From: an uncultured bacterium
Lineage (GTDB): Bacteria > Pseudomonadota > Gammaproteobacteria > Pseudomonadales > JADFDG01
DNA length: 64,000 bases
Direction: 5' to 3'
Assembly: GCA_965232985.1 (NCBI GenBank)
Contig: CBDDRC010000042.1
Location: 281,299-345,298, forward strand
How positions within the stretch are numbered: the stretch's first letter is position 1; each line of letters begins with the position of its first letter. Below are positions 20,717 to 29,904 of this stretch, one piece after another. The notes under the pieces were generated by a model that worked only from the letters and a program-made list of their open reading frames with translations, made no database searches and was not told where the DNA came from. A program made the position numbers and the translations under genes.

Positions 20717-21358
20717 ATGGTGAAGGTACAGGCGATGCATGATGCGAATGAACGCATGCGGCGCATCAGCGCCATTGTGCTCGCCGGCGGCGAGTCCCTG
20801 CGCATGGGCAGCAACAAGGCACTGCTTGATTACCGCGGCCAGCCATTGTGGCGCCACCTGCACGACGTGCTGACGCAAGCAGGTTGCGGGCAGGTACTGA
20901 TCAGCGGCACCCTGCCGGATTTGCGGGCAGGGGAAGAAACAATACCGGACATCATTCCGGGGCTCGGCCCGCTGGCCGGCATCGCCGCAGTGATCGCGAA
21001 CCAAAACGCGACGCTCAGCGAGCACTGGATTCTCGTGGTGCCTGTCGATCTGCCGCTATTGACGCCGGCAGCCGTGCGCCAACTCTGCCTGCAAGGTGCT
21101 GGCGAGCCAGGCCTTCCCGCCAACAGCGCGCATTACGCAAACCACGCCTTGCCGGCGCTGTTTCGCAACACCGCTGCTTTCCGGCGGACGCTCACCACAC
21201 TGCTTGGCGCCACCTGCGCCCGCGAGCGTTCAGTGACAGCGCTGCACACCCTGCTGGGTGCCCAAGTGCTGCCCTTGCCGGAAAAACTCGCGCCCGCCCT
21301 CACCAACACCAATACCCCGCAAGACTGGGCCGCCATCTGCCTGCCCGCCAACAACTGA
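20717..21358 (+). CDS. mobA: molybdenum cofactor guanylyltransferase
   Basis: AIVLAGGESLRMGSNKALLDYRGQPL and VVPVDLPLL are MobA-type nucleotidyltransferase motifs. The start is ambiguous (ATG 20717 or the downstream in-frame ATGs). Confidence 0.7.
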   Translation: MVKVQAMHDANERMRRISAIVLAGGESLRMGSNKALLDYRGQPLWRHLHDVLTQAGCGQVLISGTLPDLRAGEETIPDIIPGLGPLAGIAAVIANQNATLSEHWILVVPVDLPLLTPAAVRQLCLQGAGEPGLPANSAHYANHALPALFRNTAAFRRTLTTLLGATCARERSVTALHTLLGAQVLPLPEKLAPALTNTNTPQDWAAICLPANN

Positions 21359-21373
21359 GGCAAAGGCCAGCGC

Positions 21374-22057
21374 TCACTTGTACTGCAAAACCTGCGCGTA
21401 GTAGCCAACGAATTCCTTCAATTGCTGTTCATTGAAATCCTTTACTACCTTGTGCATCACGGCATGACAGGCCACCCGGGTCGCACCCATGCTGACATCA
21501 AGTACCTTTTTGGTGACGAAGCCGATCTCGATATGCCGGGTCTGATCGAGGAAAAGCTTCTGCAACACGTCATCGACCAGGCGATCCAGCACCTGTAGCG
21601 TCAGCGCGATCTGCGTACGCCCCTGGCCGGCGACGCAGGTGTCGATCACCTGCTGAAACTGAGCGGCATAGCGCGCATCGACGTCGTAATACAGGTGCGG
21701 CATGTTGCCGTTGTCGGCACCGGCCGGCCAATATGATTTCTCAAGGTCGCGGGCAATCGGCGCAAATTGTGCGTTGGTGATCTTTTGATATATTCGCCCC
21801 GTCAGCGACGATGATGTTTTGCTGCCGGTATCGATCGCAAAATCAACGAGCTTGCGTTGGGTCGCACTGATCCGCGCAATTTCCATCGGCTCCAGCATAA
21901 ACAGGCCAATCATGCGGTCGGTCTGGCAGCCGATCAGGTGGATGTAGGCCTCGGCGCCCTTACCGTTGTGCTTGAGCGCATGCAGGAAGGTCTCGATCGC
22001 CTGATCAAGGGCGGGGTTGGCGGCAATGGCAATCACAGGACGGGTGGACATCGACAA
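21374..22057 (-). CDS. hypothetical protein (227 aa, no family recognised)
   Basis: Clean ORF with native-looking codon usage and no signal peptide or TM segment. It is divergent from the 22168 gene. I could not assign a domain by eye. Confidence 0.55.
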   Translation of the reverse strand: MSMSTRPVIAIAANPALDQAIETFLHALKHNGKGAEAYIHLIGCQTDRMIGLFMLEPMEIARISATQRKLVDFAIDTGSKTSSSLTGRIYQKITNAQFAPIARDLEKSYWPAGADNGNMPHLYYDVDARYAAQFQQVIDTCVAGQGRTQIALTLQVLDRLVDDVLQKLFLDQTRHIEIGFVTKKVLDVSMGATRVACHAVMHKVVKDFNEQQLKEFVGYYAQVLQYK

Positions 22058-22167
22058 AGCCTCGCGCGGATTGTGAAGCCGTCGAGTCTAGCGAAGAAAC
22101 TGCGCTACCGCGTACCCGTGCCCGCCGTCGTAAGATACCGATTCCAGAGCCAAACCCGACGGACGCC

Positions 22168-23664
22168 ATGGCACTCGACCCGACGCAGTTCAGACGCGCG
22201 CTGCTCAAGCCGGCCGCCCTCATACTCCTCGCCCTGCCCCTGTTTGCCGGCACCCTCTTTGTTCGGCAGCTTGCCGACGGCATCATCGGGCCCCTGGCCA
22301 TTGCCGTAAGCCCGGACGGTGAGCGCATCGCCGTAGCCGGCGCCGGCGACATCTATCACCTCGATGCCCAGGGTGCGCTGCAGGGCGTCGATGCGGACAT
22401 GCTCGATCCCGCTGCGCGCGAGGCCGGCATCGCCTGGCTGGGCGACGGCCTGCTGGTCAGTCCCGATACCGACGGCGATTTGCTGCATTGCAGCGCCACT
22501 GCCTGCTCCGTGTTTTCCCCGGATCCTTATGCACCGAACGGCGCCATCCAGGTTTTCGTCGCGGGCAACCGCCTGTGGCTGAGCGAAGCAGGCACTGATC
22601 GTCTGCAACGTTATTTCGACGACGGCCGCCGCATCGACATGCCGCTCAGCGATCTGCTGCGCCCAGGCTCCCTGTGGCTTGAGGGCGATCAGCTCTATGT
22701 CGCCAACAGCGGTGCGCGCGCCCTGCAACGCTATACCGTACACAAGCGCGGCATCGACGAGCCGGAAAAATTCGCGGTATTTTCCACCGGCAACAAAGAT
22801 GCACCGATCGACCAACCCACCCGCTTTGTGCGCAGCGGCGAGGGTTTTCAGGCCATTTTTTCTGATCATGACCGCCGTCATGGCGTGCTCGTTGCCATCG
22901 ACAACAACGGTACTGTGACGCAGCGCGCTGTACCGGGTCTCGTCAATCCGGTTGCGCTTGATCTGCTCGGTGATGCGCTATTGGTGGTCGATGAAGACCG
23001 CATGCAGGTTCTGCAGGTGGCTGCCGACGGCGCAACCAACGTATTCGGCGACGACAGTTTCCGCGCCCAACTGGCCAGCCGGCAGCCTCTGCGCAGCAAC
23101 CTGCGGATCGTTGCCCCGGTGCTCATGATGCTGGCGGCGCTTACGCTCGCCGTCGGCGGCAGTTGGCTGCTGCGTCTGTTCTCCAGCCAGCGCAGCAATC
23201 CACCCTTGGCAGTGGCGCCCGACGCCCAGGGCATCATCTGGTTGCCACGCGAAATCGACTTCACAACCGCACGCGTCTTGCGGCAGTGCGCAATATTTGC
23301 ACCAGCGGCACTGGCACCGGCCGCTGCTGCCGCGTTTGCCGGCTACCCCACTGCCGGCAGCATCTGGGCACTGCTGAGCTGGGCTGCCGCAACGCTGCCT
23401 GCATTGCGCGACGGCATGCGCGCGCGCCCGCCAAACAATCTGTGTATTGGCATGCGCGGCCACAAGCTTGTCATCACCGACAGCGAACGGGGCCTGCGTG
23501 AATATCCGCTACTGCAAGTAGCCTGGGACGATTTGCACCTGCGCCCGGAACCAGCACTCACCCTGGATCTAACACGCGATGGTATTGCCCTGTTCCACCT
23601 GCCGACGATCGCACAGGTACTCATGCCACGATTGAATGTGGCGCGGCGCATTTCATTCCAATAA
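22168..23664 (+). CDS. hypothetical membrane protein with putative beta-propeller ectodomain
   Basis: 498 aa. It has an N-terminal TM (PAALILLALPLFAGTLFV) and repeated strand-like blocks (VSPDGERIAVAG, LWLSEAGTDRLQRY, LYVANSGARALQRY, LLVVDEDRMQVLQV). Two central TM helices and a ~90-aa C-terminal soluble tail follow. Confidence 0.55.
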   Translation: MALDPTQFRRALLKPAALILLALPLFAGTLFVRQLADGIIGPLAIAVSPDGERIAVAGAGDIYHLDAQGALQGVDADMLDPAAREAGIAWLGDGLLVSPDTDGDLLHCSATACSVFSPDPYAPNGAIQVFVAGNRLWLSEAGTDRLQRYFDDGRRIDMPLSDLLRPGSLWLEGDQLYVANSGARALQRYTVHKRGIDEPEKFAVFSTGNKDAPIDQPTRFVRSGEGFQAIFSDHDRRHGVLVAIDNNGTVTQRAVPGLVNPVALDLLGDALLVVDEDRMQVLQVAADGATNVFGDDSFRAQLASRQPLRSNLRIVAPVLMMLAALTLAVGGSWLLRLFSSQRSNPPLAVAPDAQGIIWLPREIDFTTARVLRQCAIFAPAALAPAAAAAFAGYPTAGSIWALLSWAAATLPALRDGMRARPPNNLCIGMRGHKLVITDSERGLREYPLLQVAWDDLHLRPEPALTLDLTRDGIALFHLPTIAQVLMPRLNVARRISFQ

Positions 23665-23684
23665 AATCGACTCCCGGAGCTCTC

Positions 23685-24470
23685 ATGAAAACCAATCCCT
23701 TCGATCTGCACGGCCGCGTCGCTCTCGTTACCGGTGCCTCGCGCGGGATTGGTGAGGCCATTGCCCGCCTGCTCGCCACCAATGGCGCTCACGTCATTGT
23801 TTCCTCGCGCAAAGTAGTCGATTGCGAGCGCGTCGTGGCAAGCATTCGCGATGCAGGCGGCTCGGCCGAGGCGATGGCCTGTCATATTGGCGAGATGGAG
23901 CAAATCAAGGATACGTTCGCCAAAATACGCGCCACCCACGGCAAGCTCGACATCCTCGTCAACAATGCCGCCACCAACCCCTATTTCGGTCACATTCTTG
24001 ATACTGATCCGGGTGCCTTCCAGAAAACCGTCGACGTTAACGTCCGCGGCTATTTCTTCATGAGTGTCGAGGGCGCGAAGCTGATGCGCGATCCGGCGTC
24101 TGCTGCTGCGAGCCAGGGCGGCGCGATCGTCAATGTTGCCAGCGTCAACGGCGTGGTTCCGGGCCCGATGCAGGGCATCTACTCGATCACCAAGGCGGCG
24201 GTCATCTCGATGACCCAGGCGTTCGCCCGCGAATGTGCCGGCATGAACGTGCGCGTCAATGCGCTGCTGCCTGGCATGACCGACACGAAATTTGCCGCCG
24301 CGCTGGTGAAAAACGATGCCATCCGCACCGCAGCACTTACCCGGGTGCCGCTGAATCGCGTTGCGCAGCCCGACGAAATGGCCGGCGCCGTGCTGTATCT
24401 GGTGAGCGATGCCGCCAGCTACACCACCGGCACCTGCATCACTGTTGATGGTGGATATTTGATTTCCTGA
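23685..24470 (+). CDS. SDR-family oxidoreductase
   Basis: VALVTGASRGIGEAIA (TGxxxGxG), NNAA, and Y-x3-K (YSITKAA) are present. Confidence 0.9.
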   Translation: MKTNPFDLHGRVALVTGASRGIGEAIARLLATNGAHVIVSSRKVVDCERVVASIRDAGGSAEAMACHIGEMEQIKDTFAKIRATHGKLDILVNNAATNPYFGHILDTDPGAFQKTVDVNVRGYFFMSVEGAKLMRDPASAAASQGGAIVNVASVNGVVPGPMQGIYSITKAAVISMTQAFARECAGMNVRVNALLPGMTDTKFAAALVKNDAIRTAALTRVPLNRVAQPDEMAGAVLYLVSDAASYTTGTCITVDGGYLIS

Positions 24471-24506
24471 CCGGCACAACCACCTGCACACAACGAGGAA
24501 CTACCG

Positions 24507-24752
24507 ATGGACAAGCCAACGATCGCCGCTACCGCACCATGCCCCGTCGAAGTCGAAGCCGGGAAGAGTTATTGGTGGTGCGCCTGCGGCAAGAGCGCCA
24601 AACAGCCCTTCTGCGACGGCTCGCACAAAGGCTCGTCGTTCAACCCGGTCGAATACAAGGCCACGGCCAACAAGATCGTCTACTTCTGCGCCTGCAAAAA
24701 CAGCGCTAAAGCACCACTGTGCGACGGCACGCACAGCTCACTGAAGACGTAA
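24507..24752 (+). CDS. CDGSH iron-sulfur domain protein (two CDGSH motifs)
   Basis: CACGKSAKQPFCDGSH and CACKNSAKAPLCDGTH. Confidence 0.85.
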   Translation: MDKPTIAATAPCPVEVEAGKSYWWCACGKSAKQPFCDGSHKGSSFNPVEYKATANKIVYFCACKNSAKAPLCDGTHSSLKT

Positions 24753-24765
24753 GCAGTGCACGCCG

Positions 24766-25152
24766 ATGCCGCTGGTTCGCCTTTACTCAGCCGATGACGT
24801 CATCGAAGCTCACCTGCTCAAGCACATGCTTGAGCAGACGGGCATGCAGGCGTTCATCACCGGCGAGCATCTGGGCAGCGGCATCGGCGAATTGCCGACC
24901 GCAGGCCTGATCGATGTCTGGGTACTGCACGATCATCTTGAAGCTGCGCAAGACGTGCTCGATGATTTTTTCGAAACACTCGATGGCCCGCCCGATGACG
25001 ATGACCCGCTGATCGATGCAGAGGGTTACTACGATGACCATGAAAACGAAAACGACGACCTTGTACCGGCCAACAAGCCCATACCACTTCCTGCGCACAG
25101 CGACCCGGCCGATCCGGAAAATCCGTGGAACCATGTCTACCGGAAAAAATAG
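24766..25152 (+). CDS. DUF2007-like small protein with acidic C-terminal tail
   Basis: The N-terminal ~70 aa (VRLYSADDVIEAHLLKHMLEQTGMQAFITGE...VWVLHDHLEAAQDVL) resemble the putative signal-transducing DUF2007 fold. A D/E-rich tail follows. Confidence 0.6.
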   Translation: MPLVRLYSADDVIEAHLLKHMLEQTGMQAFITGEHLGSGIGELPTAGLIDVWVLHDHLEAAQDVLDDFFETLDGPPDDDDPLIDAEGYYDDHENENDDLVPANKPIPLPAHSDPADPENPWNHVYRKK

Positions 25153-25206
25153 ACTCGTGCAGACCACACCGCACTTATCCACGATCCTGCCCACCATGGA
25201 GTCGAC

Positions 25207-25698
25207 ATGAATCGCATCCTGATCGCCACTACTGCCCTTGCCCTGCTCATGCTCACCGCTGCCGGCGCGCAGGCTGCCGGCACGCGCTACCACGCTATCG
25301 GCATGGACATGGTGCGCCTGATCGACAAAGGCCAGTTTGAACCGGACGACGGCACGCTGAACCTGTTCTACCAGGGCTACCTGACGCAGAAATCGGCCTG
25401 GTCAATCGGTTACGCCTGGGGCGATGCGTCAGCGATCACGGAAGTGGCCTACAAAATCTACAACCAGGGTTACCAGGCGGGCACCTTCTGGCAGGCAGGC
25501 CTTGCCAACGTCGATGTCGACGGCACTGCCTACAACAACGACATCGCCGTGCTCGGCGCTTTCGGCTTCGAGCGCATGCCGGCGGAAAACCTCGTCATCA
25601 GCGGCTCAGTGAAGGCCCTGGTCGGGATCGACCATCCCCGCACCGGCGAAAAAGACATCATCTTCCTGCCGTCGCTGTCGGTACTGTTCGCGTTCTGA
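25207..25698 (+). CDS. small outer-membrane beta-barrel-like protein
   Basis: Signal peptide ending AQA. It has alternating aromatic/small residues and a C-terminal ...LSVLFAF ending in Phe, typical of OMP beta-signals. Confidence 0.55.
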   Translation: MNRILIATTALALLMLTAAGAQAAGTRYHAIGMDMVRLIDKGQFEPDDGTLNLFYQGYLTQKSAWSIGYAWGDASAITEVAYKIYNQGYQAGTFWQAGLANVDVDGTAYNNDIAVLGAFGFERMPAENLVISGSVKALVGIDHPRTGEKDIIFLPSLSVLFAF

Positions 25699-25710
25699 GG
25701 CGCAAGCCAC

Positions 25711-25745
25711 AAAAAAACGCTCTGGCCGTGCCGCGCGTTTTTTCT
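25711..25745. terminator. putative bidirectional terminator between convergent genes
   Basis: AAAAAAACGC-TCTGGCCGTGCC-GCGCGTTTTTTCT is an imperfect GC hairpin flanked by an A-run and a T-run. It sits between the OMP-like gene (+) and cysG (-). Confidence 0.4.
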
Positions 25746-27175
25746 CAGTCATGCTGCTGCCGATACCACGCCAGCCGATCGTGCAGCTTCACTACATCAC
25801 CGATAATCAGCAGTGCCGGCGGCTTGATGCCGGCATGCGCGATCAATTCGCCCAATGTTGCCAGAGTGCCGATATGCACGCCTTGCTGTGGCGTCGTTGC
25901 CTTCTCGATGACGGCCACCGGCGTGTCGGCACGCCGGCCATGTGACATCAGTTCCCGGGCGATTTGCGGTGCCTGGGTGATGCCCATGTAAACAACCAGC
26001 GTCTCGTGCGCACTGGTGGACCGCGTCCAGTCCAGCGGCTCTTCGCCACCGGCTTTGTCGCCACCCTTGTCGCCACCCTTGTCGCCACGGCGGTGACCGG
26101 TGACGAAGGTGACGCCCTGGGCGTAATCGCGATGGGTGAGCGGAATGCCGGCATAGCAACTTGCACCCGCAGCCGAGGTGATGCCGGGCACCACCTGAAA
26201 CGGAATGCCGTTTTCGGCAAGCGTTTCGATTTCCTCACCACCGCGCCCGAAAATAAACGGGTCGCCGCCTTTCAGACGCAGCACTTTTTTTCCTTCTTTT
26301 GCCAATCGCACCAAGGAGAGATTGATATCTTCCTGTGGCACCGCATGATCGGCGCGTTTCTTGCCAACATAAATGCGGTCGGCGTCGCGACGCACAAGAT
26401 CAAGCACCGCATCCGAAACCAGGTTGTCGTACAGCACCACATCGGCCAGCTGCATCAGGCGCAAGGCGCGAAAGGTGAGCAGATCAGGGTCGCCAGGGCC
26501 GGCACCGACCAGAAACACCTCGCCGCGCATCAATGCGTTTGCATCCGCCGCCGCCAGCGCCTGCTGCGCAAGAACGCGCGCCGCATCCGCCTGGCCGGCC
26601 AGCACCCGCTCGGCGAATGGCCCGGACAGCAACGCCTCCCAAAACAGCCGGCGCGCACTCGTGCCGGGTAATTTTTCTTTCACTGCCAAGCGAAACTCGC
26701 CGGCGATACGTGCCAACTCACCGTAATTTGCCGGCACCAGTGTTTCCAGCCTGGCGCGCAGGTGGCGTGCCAGCACCGGCACCGCACCGCCGGTGGACGC
26801 AGCGATAATCACCGGCGAACGATCAACGATCGACGGCGTAATAAACCGGCAAAGCGCCGGCTGATCAACCGCATTGACCAGAATGCCGCGCGCTTCGCAG
26901 TCTGCATAGATGCGCTGGTTCACCGCGTGATCGTCGGTCGCCGCGAACACCAGGCGCATGCCATCGAGTTGCGCTGGCGCATAGCTCGTGGCGACATGCA
27001 CCAGCGCGTGCTGCGCGACAAATTTATGCATCTCAGGCGACAGCGCCGGCGAGACGACCGTCACCTGCGCTGCCGCCGAGTGCAACAGCCGCGCCTTGCG
27101 CAGGCCAACATCGCCACCACCGACCACCAGGCAGTGCTGCGCGCGCACGTTGAGAAAAATCGGGAAATAGTCCAT
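25745..27175 (-). CDS. cysG: siroheme synthase (uroporphyrinogen-III C-methyltransferase / precorrin-2 dehydrogenase / sirohydrochlorin ferrochelatase)
   Basis: MDYFPIFLNVRAQHCLVVGGGDVGLRKARLL is a CysG N-terminus. The C-terminal half has VFLVGAGPGDPDLLT, GGDPFIFGRGGEE and VPGITSA SUMT motifs. I prefer the ATG at 27175 over the track's TTG at 27199. Confidence 0.93.
   Translation of the reverse strand: MDYFPIFLNVRAQHCLVVGGGDVGLRKARLLHSAAAQVTVVSPALSPEMHKFVAQHALVHVATSYAPAQLDGMRLVFAATDDHAVNQRIYADCEARGILVNAVDQPALCRFITPSIVDRSPVIIAASTGGAVPVLARHLRARLETLVPANYGELARIAGEFRLAVKEKLPGTSARRLFWEALLSGPFAERVLAGQADAARVLAQQALAAADANALMRGEVFLVGAGPGDPDLLTFRALRLMQLADVVLYDNLVSDAVLDLVRRDADRIYVGKKRADHAVPQEDINLSLVRLAKEGKKVLRLKGGDPFIFGRGGEEIETLAENGIPFQVVPGITSAAGASCYAGIPLTHRDYAQGVTFVTGHRRGDKGGDKGGDKAGGEEPLDWTRSTSAHETLVVYMGITQAPQIARELMSHGRRADTPVAVIEKATTPQQGVHIGTLATLGELIAHAGIKPPALLIIGDVVKLHDRLAWYRQQHD
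26054..26089 (-). repeat. three tandem 12-nt units inside cysG encoding GDKG-GDKG-GDKA
   Basis: The plus strand reads TTTGTCGCCACC CTTGTCGCCACC CTTGTCGCCACG. This is in frame and gives ...HRRGDKGGDKGGDKAGGEEPLDW... Confidence 0.9.
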
Positions 27176-27207
27176 CGGGCAAGCATTCCGGGCGTGCAAA
27201 AACGCGA

Positions 27208-28530
27208 TTATACGCCGGGCGACCTTGCAGCAGCCGGATCAACAGCCGCGCCAGCGGCGCGTGCGCCACGCGCCGCCACACGCCGCAGGATGCCCGGCAC
27301 AACCAACCGGAACGCGGACACATTGAGCAGCCATGACAGGCTGCTCGCGGCAACCAGGCCCATGACGCCGAATTGCCACAGCGCCAGCACCTTGAGCAGC
27401 AGGCCCACCGTATACCCGCCGATGCTCAACACCACCATTTGCCGGGTCTCACCCGAACAGTAAAACACCTGCGCCAACACCTGACCGAACAGCACCGCCA
27501 ACATGAAGCCCCCAAGCAGCGCCAACATCTGCGCCGTGAGCGCGATATGTTCGGCGCTGTACGCCGTACCGGAAAAAAGCAGCCGTACCAGCGGCTCACC
27601 GGCAACGACGAACAGGATCCAGACACCGATGCCAACGACTGCCATCCGCCACAGCGCCGCACGCAACAGGATCCGTGCGCCCGATGCGTCGCCGGCATGC
27701 ATGCGCTCGGCAAAGGGTGCCACCAGCGGTGCTGTTATCACGCGGTTCATCATCAAGGTCACCACCGACAGCACCTGCTGCGCAAGGTGGAAGGCCGACA
27801 CCGCACCGCCCGGCACGCTGGCAAACAACAGGCGATCAACAAAGGGTTCGCTCTTGTAGTAAGTTGCAGCGAGCAGCAGCACGCGCGATTCGCGCAACAC
27901 GTCACGCAGGTCGGCATCGTGCAGCTGGGCTTTCCTAGGTACTCCCAGGCGCGGCAACAGCAGCGCCGCAACCAGCACCGCACGCAACGCGAACAGCGCC
28001 GCACAGGCAACGAGCGTTGCCGGATCGAAAACAAACCATGCCGCCATGGCAATCAGATTGGCGATGAAGGTGCGCAACTCACCGCCCAGCACGTCACTCT
28101 CGGCAGTGAACAGTGATTGGCCGATCGCGGTGACCACCGCTGCCAACATGGCCAGCAAACCCAGCGGCAACACCCCGATTGCCAGCGCATAACCGCCCGC
28201 CGGCTGGACATATGGCAGCACCAGCCGCGCACCCAGCCACAACGCAAAACACAGCAACAATACGCCGGCCTGCAGCGTCCAGAGCAGGCTCCAGCACAGT
28301 ACCCGGCGTGAGGTATTGTCGGCACGCCGCACCAGGCGCGGCGTCGACCAGTTCAGAACGCTGTTGCCCAGCAGCACCATCACCACGCCCGGCAGGATGA
28401 ACACCATGAACAGCGCATCGGCAGCATTGCTGGCGCCAAGCGTGCGCAATGCCAGGATCGGAAACAGCAGATTCTGCAGCAGGTTGGCTGCGGAAACGGC
28501 AGCAAGCGCGGTGCGGGCGCGGGGAGTCAT
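27208..28530 (-). CDS. MurJ/MviN-like (MOP superfamily) polytopic membrane protein, short form
   Basis: 440 aa and highly hydrophobic. The N-terminus, AAVSAANLLQNLLFPILALRTLGASNAADALFMVFILP, parallels the MurJ N-terminal signature (..VS....SR.LG..RD....FGA....DAF.VAF.LP). Confidence 0.55.
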   Translation of the reverse strand: MTPRARTALAAVSAANLLQNLLFPILALRTLGASNAADALFMVFILPGVVMVLLGNSVLNWSTPRLVRRADNTSRRVLCWSLLWTLQAGVLLLCFALWLGARLVLPYVQPAGGYALAIGVLPLGLLAMLAAVVTAIGQSLFTAESDVLGGELRTFIANLIAMAAWFVFDPATLVACAALFALRAVLVAALLLPRLGVPRKAQLHDADLRDVLRESRVLLLAATYYKSEPFVDRLLFASVPGGAVSAFHLAQQVLSVVTLMMNRVITAPLVAPFAERMHAGDASGARILLRAALWRMAVVGIGVWILFVVAGEPLVRLLFSGTAYSAEHIALTAQMLALLGGFMLAVLFGQVLAQVFYCSGETRQMVVLSIGGYTVGLLLKVLALWQFGVMGLVAASSLSWLLNVSAFRLVVPGILRRVAARGARAAGAAVDPAAARSPGV

Positions 28531-28600
28531 GGGGGCAGGTCAACAAACAGGAATCGAAAAGGGCCCCGCAGGGCCCCGATGAAGATGTCAGCGTCGCGCC

Positions 28601-28795
28601 TCAGTGTATCGCGACGCCTTGTTTCTGAAGTTGTCGCTCAATTTCGGCCAGCAGTTTGATGCTGTCACGCAGACTGTTCGCCTCAACGCTGTCGTCCGGC
28701 ATCATCTCGCGCAACATCACCTTCAATTGCTCCAACTGCGCATGTACGGCATGACCGTCCAGATTGTGGAGCGTTACATCGCCTCGACTTGCCAT
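28601..28795 (-). CDS. small hypothetical protein (64 aa)
   Basis: The ATG at 28795 is preceded by GGAGA. The predicted product is helical: MASRGDVTLHNLDGHAVHAQLEQLKVMLREMMPDD... No family recognised. Confidence 0.4.
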   Translation of the reverse strand: MASRGDVTLHNLDGHAVHAQLEQLKVMLREMMPDDSVEANSLRDSIKLLAEIERQLQKQGVAIH

Positions 28796-28974
28796 GGGAT
28801 TCTCCGTTGGTGATACATCACTTGTAGACGCTACGCCTGTACCGGTTCGGGCGGCAAGCCCGGGGCAAGCCACAAGTCGCAAACTGTGACCGGGTGGCCA
28901 ATTGATCAAGCGCCGGGCATATTAGTGCTTCCGTTCTGCCTGTTGTTCCATCCGATCCACACCCGGAGCATGCC

Positions 28975-29904
28975 GTGCAACCCCTGACCAATATGGCCGG
29001 CATCATTGCCGCCGCGAAACAGGCATTGCCGGTACGCACTGCCGTCGTGCATCCGGTGAGCGCCGCAATCATGACCAGCCTCGCCGGCGCAATGGCCGAG
29101 GGCATCCTTGATCCTGTGCTGGTGGGCCCGGAGAAAAAAATCCGCGCTGCGGCAACCGAAGCCGGTTTCGACATCTCGTCATTCCGCCTCGTCGACGCGC
29201 CGCACAGCCATGCCGCCGCCGACGCGGCCGTAGCCTTGGCGCGTGCCGGCGAAGTCGAAGCGATCATGAAAGGCGCGCTCAGCACCGACGAACTGATGGA
29301 GGCGGCCGTGCGCAAGGACACCGGCATCCGCACCGATCGGCGCCTGAGCCATGTGTTCGTGATGGAAGTGAGCAGTTATCCGAAGTTGCTGCTGATCACC
29401 GACGCGGCAATCAACGTCGAGCCGGATCTCACCGCAAAGCGCGACATCGCCCAGAACGCCATCAATCTTGCACACGCTCTGGGTATCGAAAAACCGAAGC
29501 TTGCCATTCTTGCTGCTGTTGAAAAAGTCGATCAGCGCTTCCGCTCTACCGTCGATGCCGCCGCGCTGTGCAAGATGGCCGATCGCGGCCAGATCACCGG
29601 CGCAGTGCTCGACGGCCCGCTCGCGTTCGACAACGCAATCTCGCGCGAAGCGGCGATCGCCAAGGGCATCGTCTCGCCGGTTTCCGGCGAGGTCGACATT
29701 CTCCTGGCCCCGGACATCGAAGCCGGCAACATGATCGCCAAACAGCTCACCTATCTTGCCGATGCGCGCACCGCCGGCATTGTGCTCGGCGGGCGCGTGC
29801 CGGTGATCCTGACCAGCCGCAGTGGCAATGCCTTCGGCCGCGTGGTGTCCATCGCACTTGCTGCGCTGGTGATCCGTGCCAAGCTGAAGGTGCCGACGGC
29901 GTGA
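28975..29904 (+). CDS. pta: phosphate acetyl/butyryl-transferase (short PTA_PTB type)
   Basis: 309 aa. VVHPVSAAIMTSLAGAMAEGILDPVLVGPEKKI...MKGALSTDELM...ITDAAINVEPD...GAVLDGPLAFDNAIS are PTA_PTB family blocks. It is coupled to the kinase gene. Confidence 0.85.
   Translation: MQPLTNMAGIIAAAKQALPVRTAVVHPVSAAIMTSLAGAMAEGILDPVLVGPEKKIRAAATEAGFDISSFRLVDAPHSHAAADAAVALARAGEVEAIMKGALSTDELMEAAVRKDTGIRTDRRLSHVFVMEVSSYPKLLLITDAAINVEPDLTAKRDIAQNAINLAHALGIEKPKLAILAAVEKVDQRFRSTVDAAALCKMADRGQITGAVLDGPLAFDNAISREAAIAKGIVSPVSGEVDILLAPDIEAGNMIAKQLTYLADARTAGIVLGGRVPVILTSRSGNAFGRVVSIALAALVIRAKLKVPTA

Noticed and set aside
26054-26089. Possible CRISPR-like or other non-coding repeat arrays. The short tandem repeats at 26054, 44314, 58161 and 59802 were checked for this.
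   Set aside because: The units are 6-14 nt with no spacers, and two of the four are in-frame within genes. Nothing in the window has the 25-40-nt repeat / unique spacer periodicity of a CRISPR array, and no cas genes are present.
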